This document shows, one piece after another, positions 1-64,000 of a stretch of 64,000 nucleotides of DNA. Source of the DNA: Octopus sinensis (Eukaryota); NCBI RefSeq assembly GCF_006345805.1, contig NC_042999.1:62868001-62932000 (forward strand), written 5' to 3'. A program made the position numbers and the translations under genes. Under the pieces are notes generated by a model, which saw nothing but the letters and a program-made list of their open reading frames with translations, searched no databases and was not told the DNA's origin. Within the stretch, counting starts at the first letter, position 1; every line of letters begins with the position of its first letter.

Positions 1-983
1 TTATTTAAACAAACAAATATGCATCTGAGTAAAATATATTAGAGAAAATAGGGAGATTTACAAATACATTGACAGTTTGCATATTGTAGCTGGCTTTCTC
101 ACATTGTAGCTGATTTGTAAACATGCTACAGCAACCCCCCATTGCCACCACTGTTCTCGCCTTCACTGATATAAGTCACCCTCTCTCTGCTACTACCTTT
201 CCCTCCGACTAATATTTTTGTAACTTTCTCATTTTATCATATAATTCACCCAACACCCCTGGGAGGGAGGCACATTATAGATTTTTATTGAAATCCAATT
301 AGCCTATTATTGAACTGGATTTTAGTGCAACATGTATGCTAAGTTTCGTGAATATTGGTTAGCTGGTTTAGGCACTAAGATGGTAACAGACAGACAGAAA
401 TTGCCATTAATATATTAGATTAATGCAATATATTTTCTAACCAAAGAATTTCAGAAAATATAAGGATTCTCATACTGAACTAGACAAAATAATGTTCCAG
501 TTGTTTGATACTATAGAACTATCTATTCATTGTAATATAGCAGAAGTGGCTGATTACTCTACAGATCTGTGTATACTTCATGAAATTTAAAACAGAATCA
601 GTGCGATAGAATGTGTGACAAGGATGACCTTCACAAATCCTAGGAACATTTCATTTAATGTATTTCAAGACAGCTATGTCAAGTCAATTTAACTCACAAA
701 GATAACCAGCCCTTCTCTAATATCCTTTCTTCTATAGACACAAGGCCTTAAATTTTGGGGAGGGGCTAGTTGATTACATCAACCCCGGTGCTCAACTGGT
801 ATTTATTTCATTCACCCCAAAATGATGAAAGCCAAAGTCAATTTTGGCAGCATTTGAATTCAGAACAAAGACAGATGAAATGCCGCTAAGCATTTTGCCC
901 AGTGTGCTAACAATTCTGTCACCTTTCTCATTGACTCTGAAGCATTTCTTTGGATATTAGAAATGGGTAAGTCAGTGACTTAC

Positions 984-63961
<62,978 letters not shown>

Positions 63962-64000
63962 CTGAAATATAAAGAAATATATTTATTGTACAAAGATAAT

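Overview
AT-rich, microsatellite-rich eukaryotic genomic DNA. The repeat families (CORE- and Deu/Nin-type tRNA SINEs, RTE tails ending in (GAT)n) suggest an octopus or other coleoid cephalopod; this is inference. The whole window lies inside one minus-strand gene, VPS13D. I traced 34 coding exons by hand with GT-AG sites and matching phases (7,624 nt, about 2,541 codons, no internal stop found); both ends of the gene lie outside the window. The introns hold a young 5'-truncated RTE LINE with a tandemly amplified 3'UTR, a ~2-kb fold-back Penelope-like element, two R4/Dong-type fragments in (TAA)n, a non-autonomous Helitron, piggyBac and Tigger MITEs, and many SINEs. Main second-look items: (1) eight minimal hammerhead-ribozyme-like motifs from about four families, several in fold-back palindromes, with the copies on the pre-mRNA strand carrying extra lesions; (2) an apparently degenerate or missing UBA domain in this VPS13D; (3) the RTE 3'UTR array; (4) a candidate in-frame alternative donor. 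Homology calls come from recalled family sequences, not from a database search.
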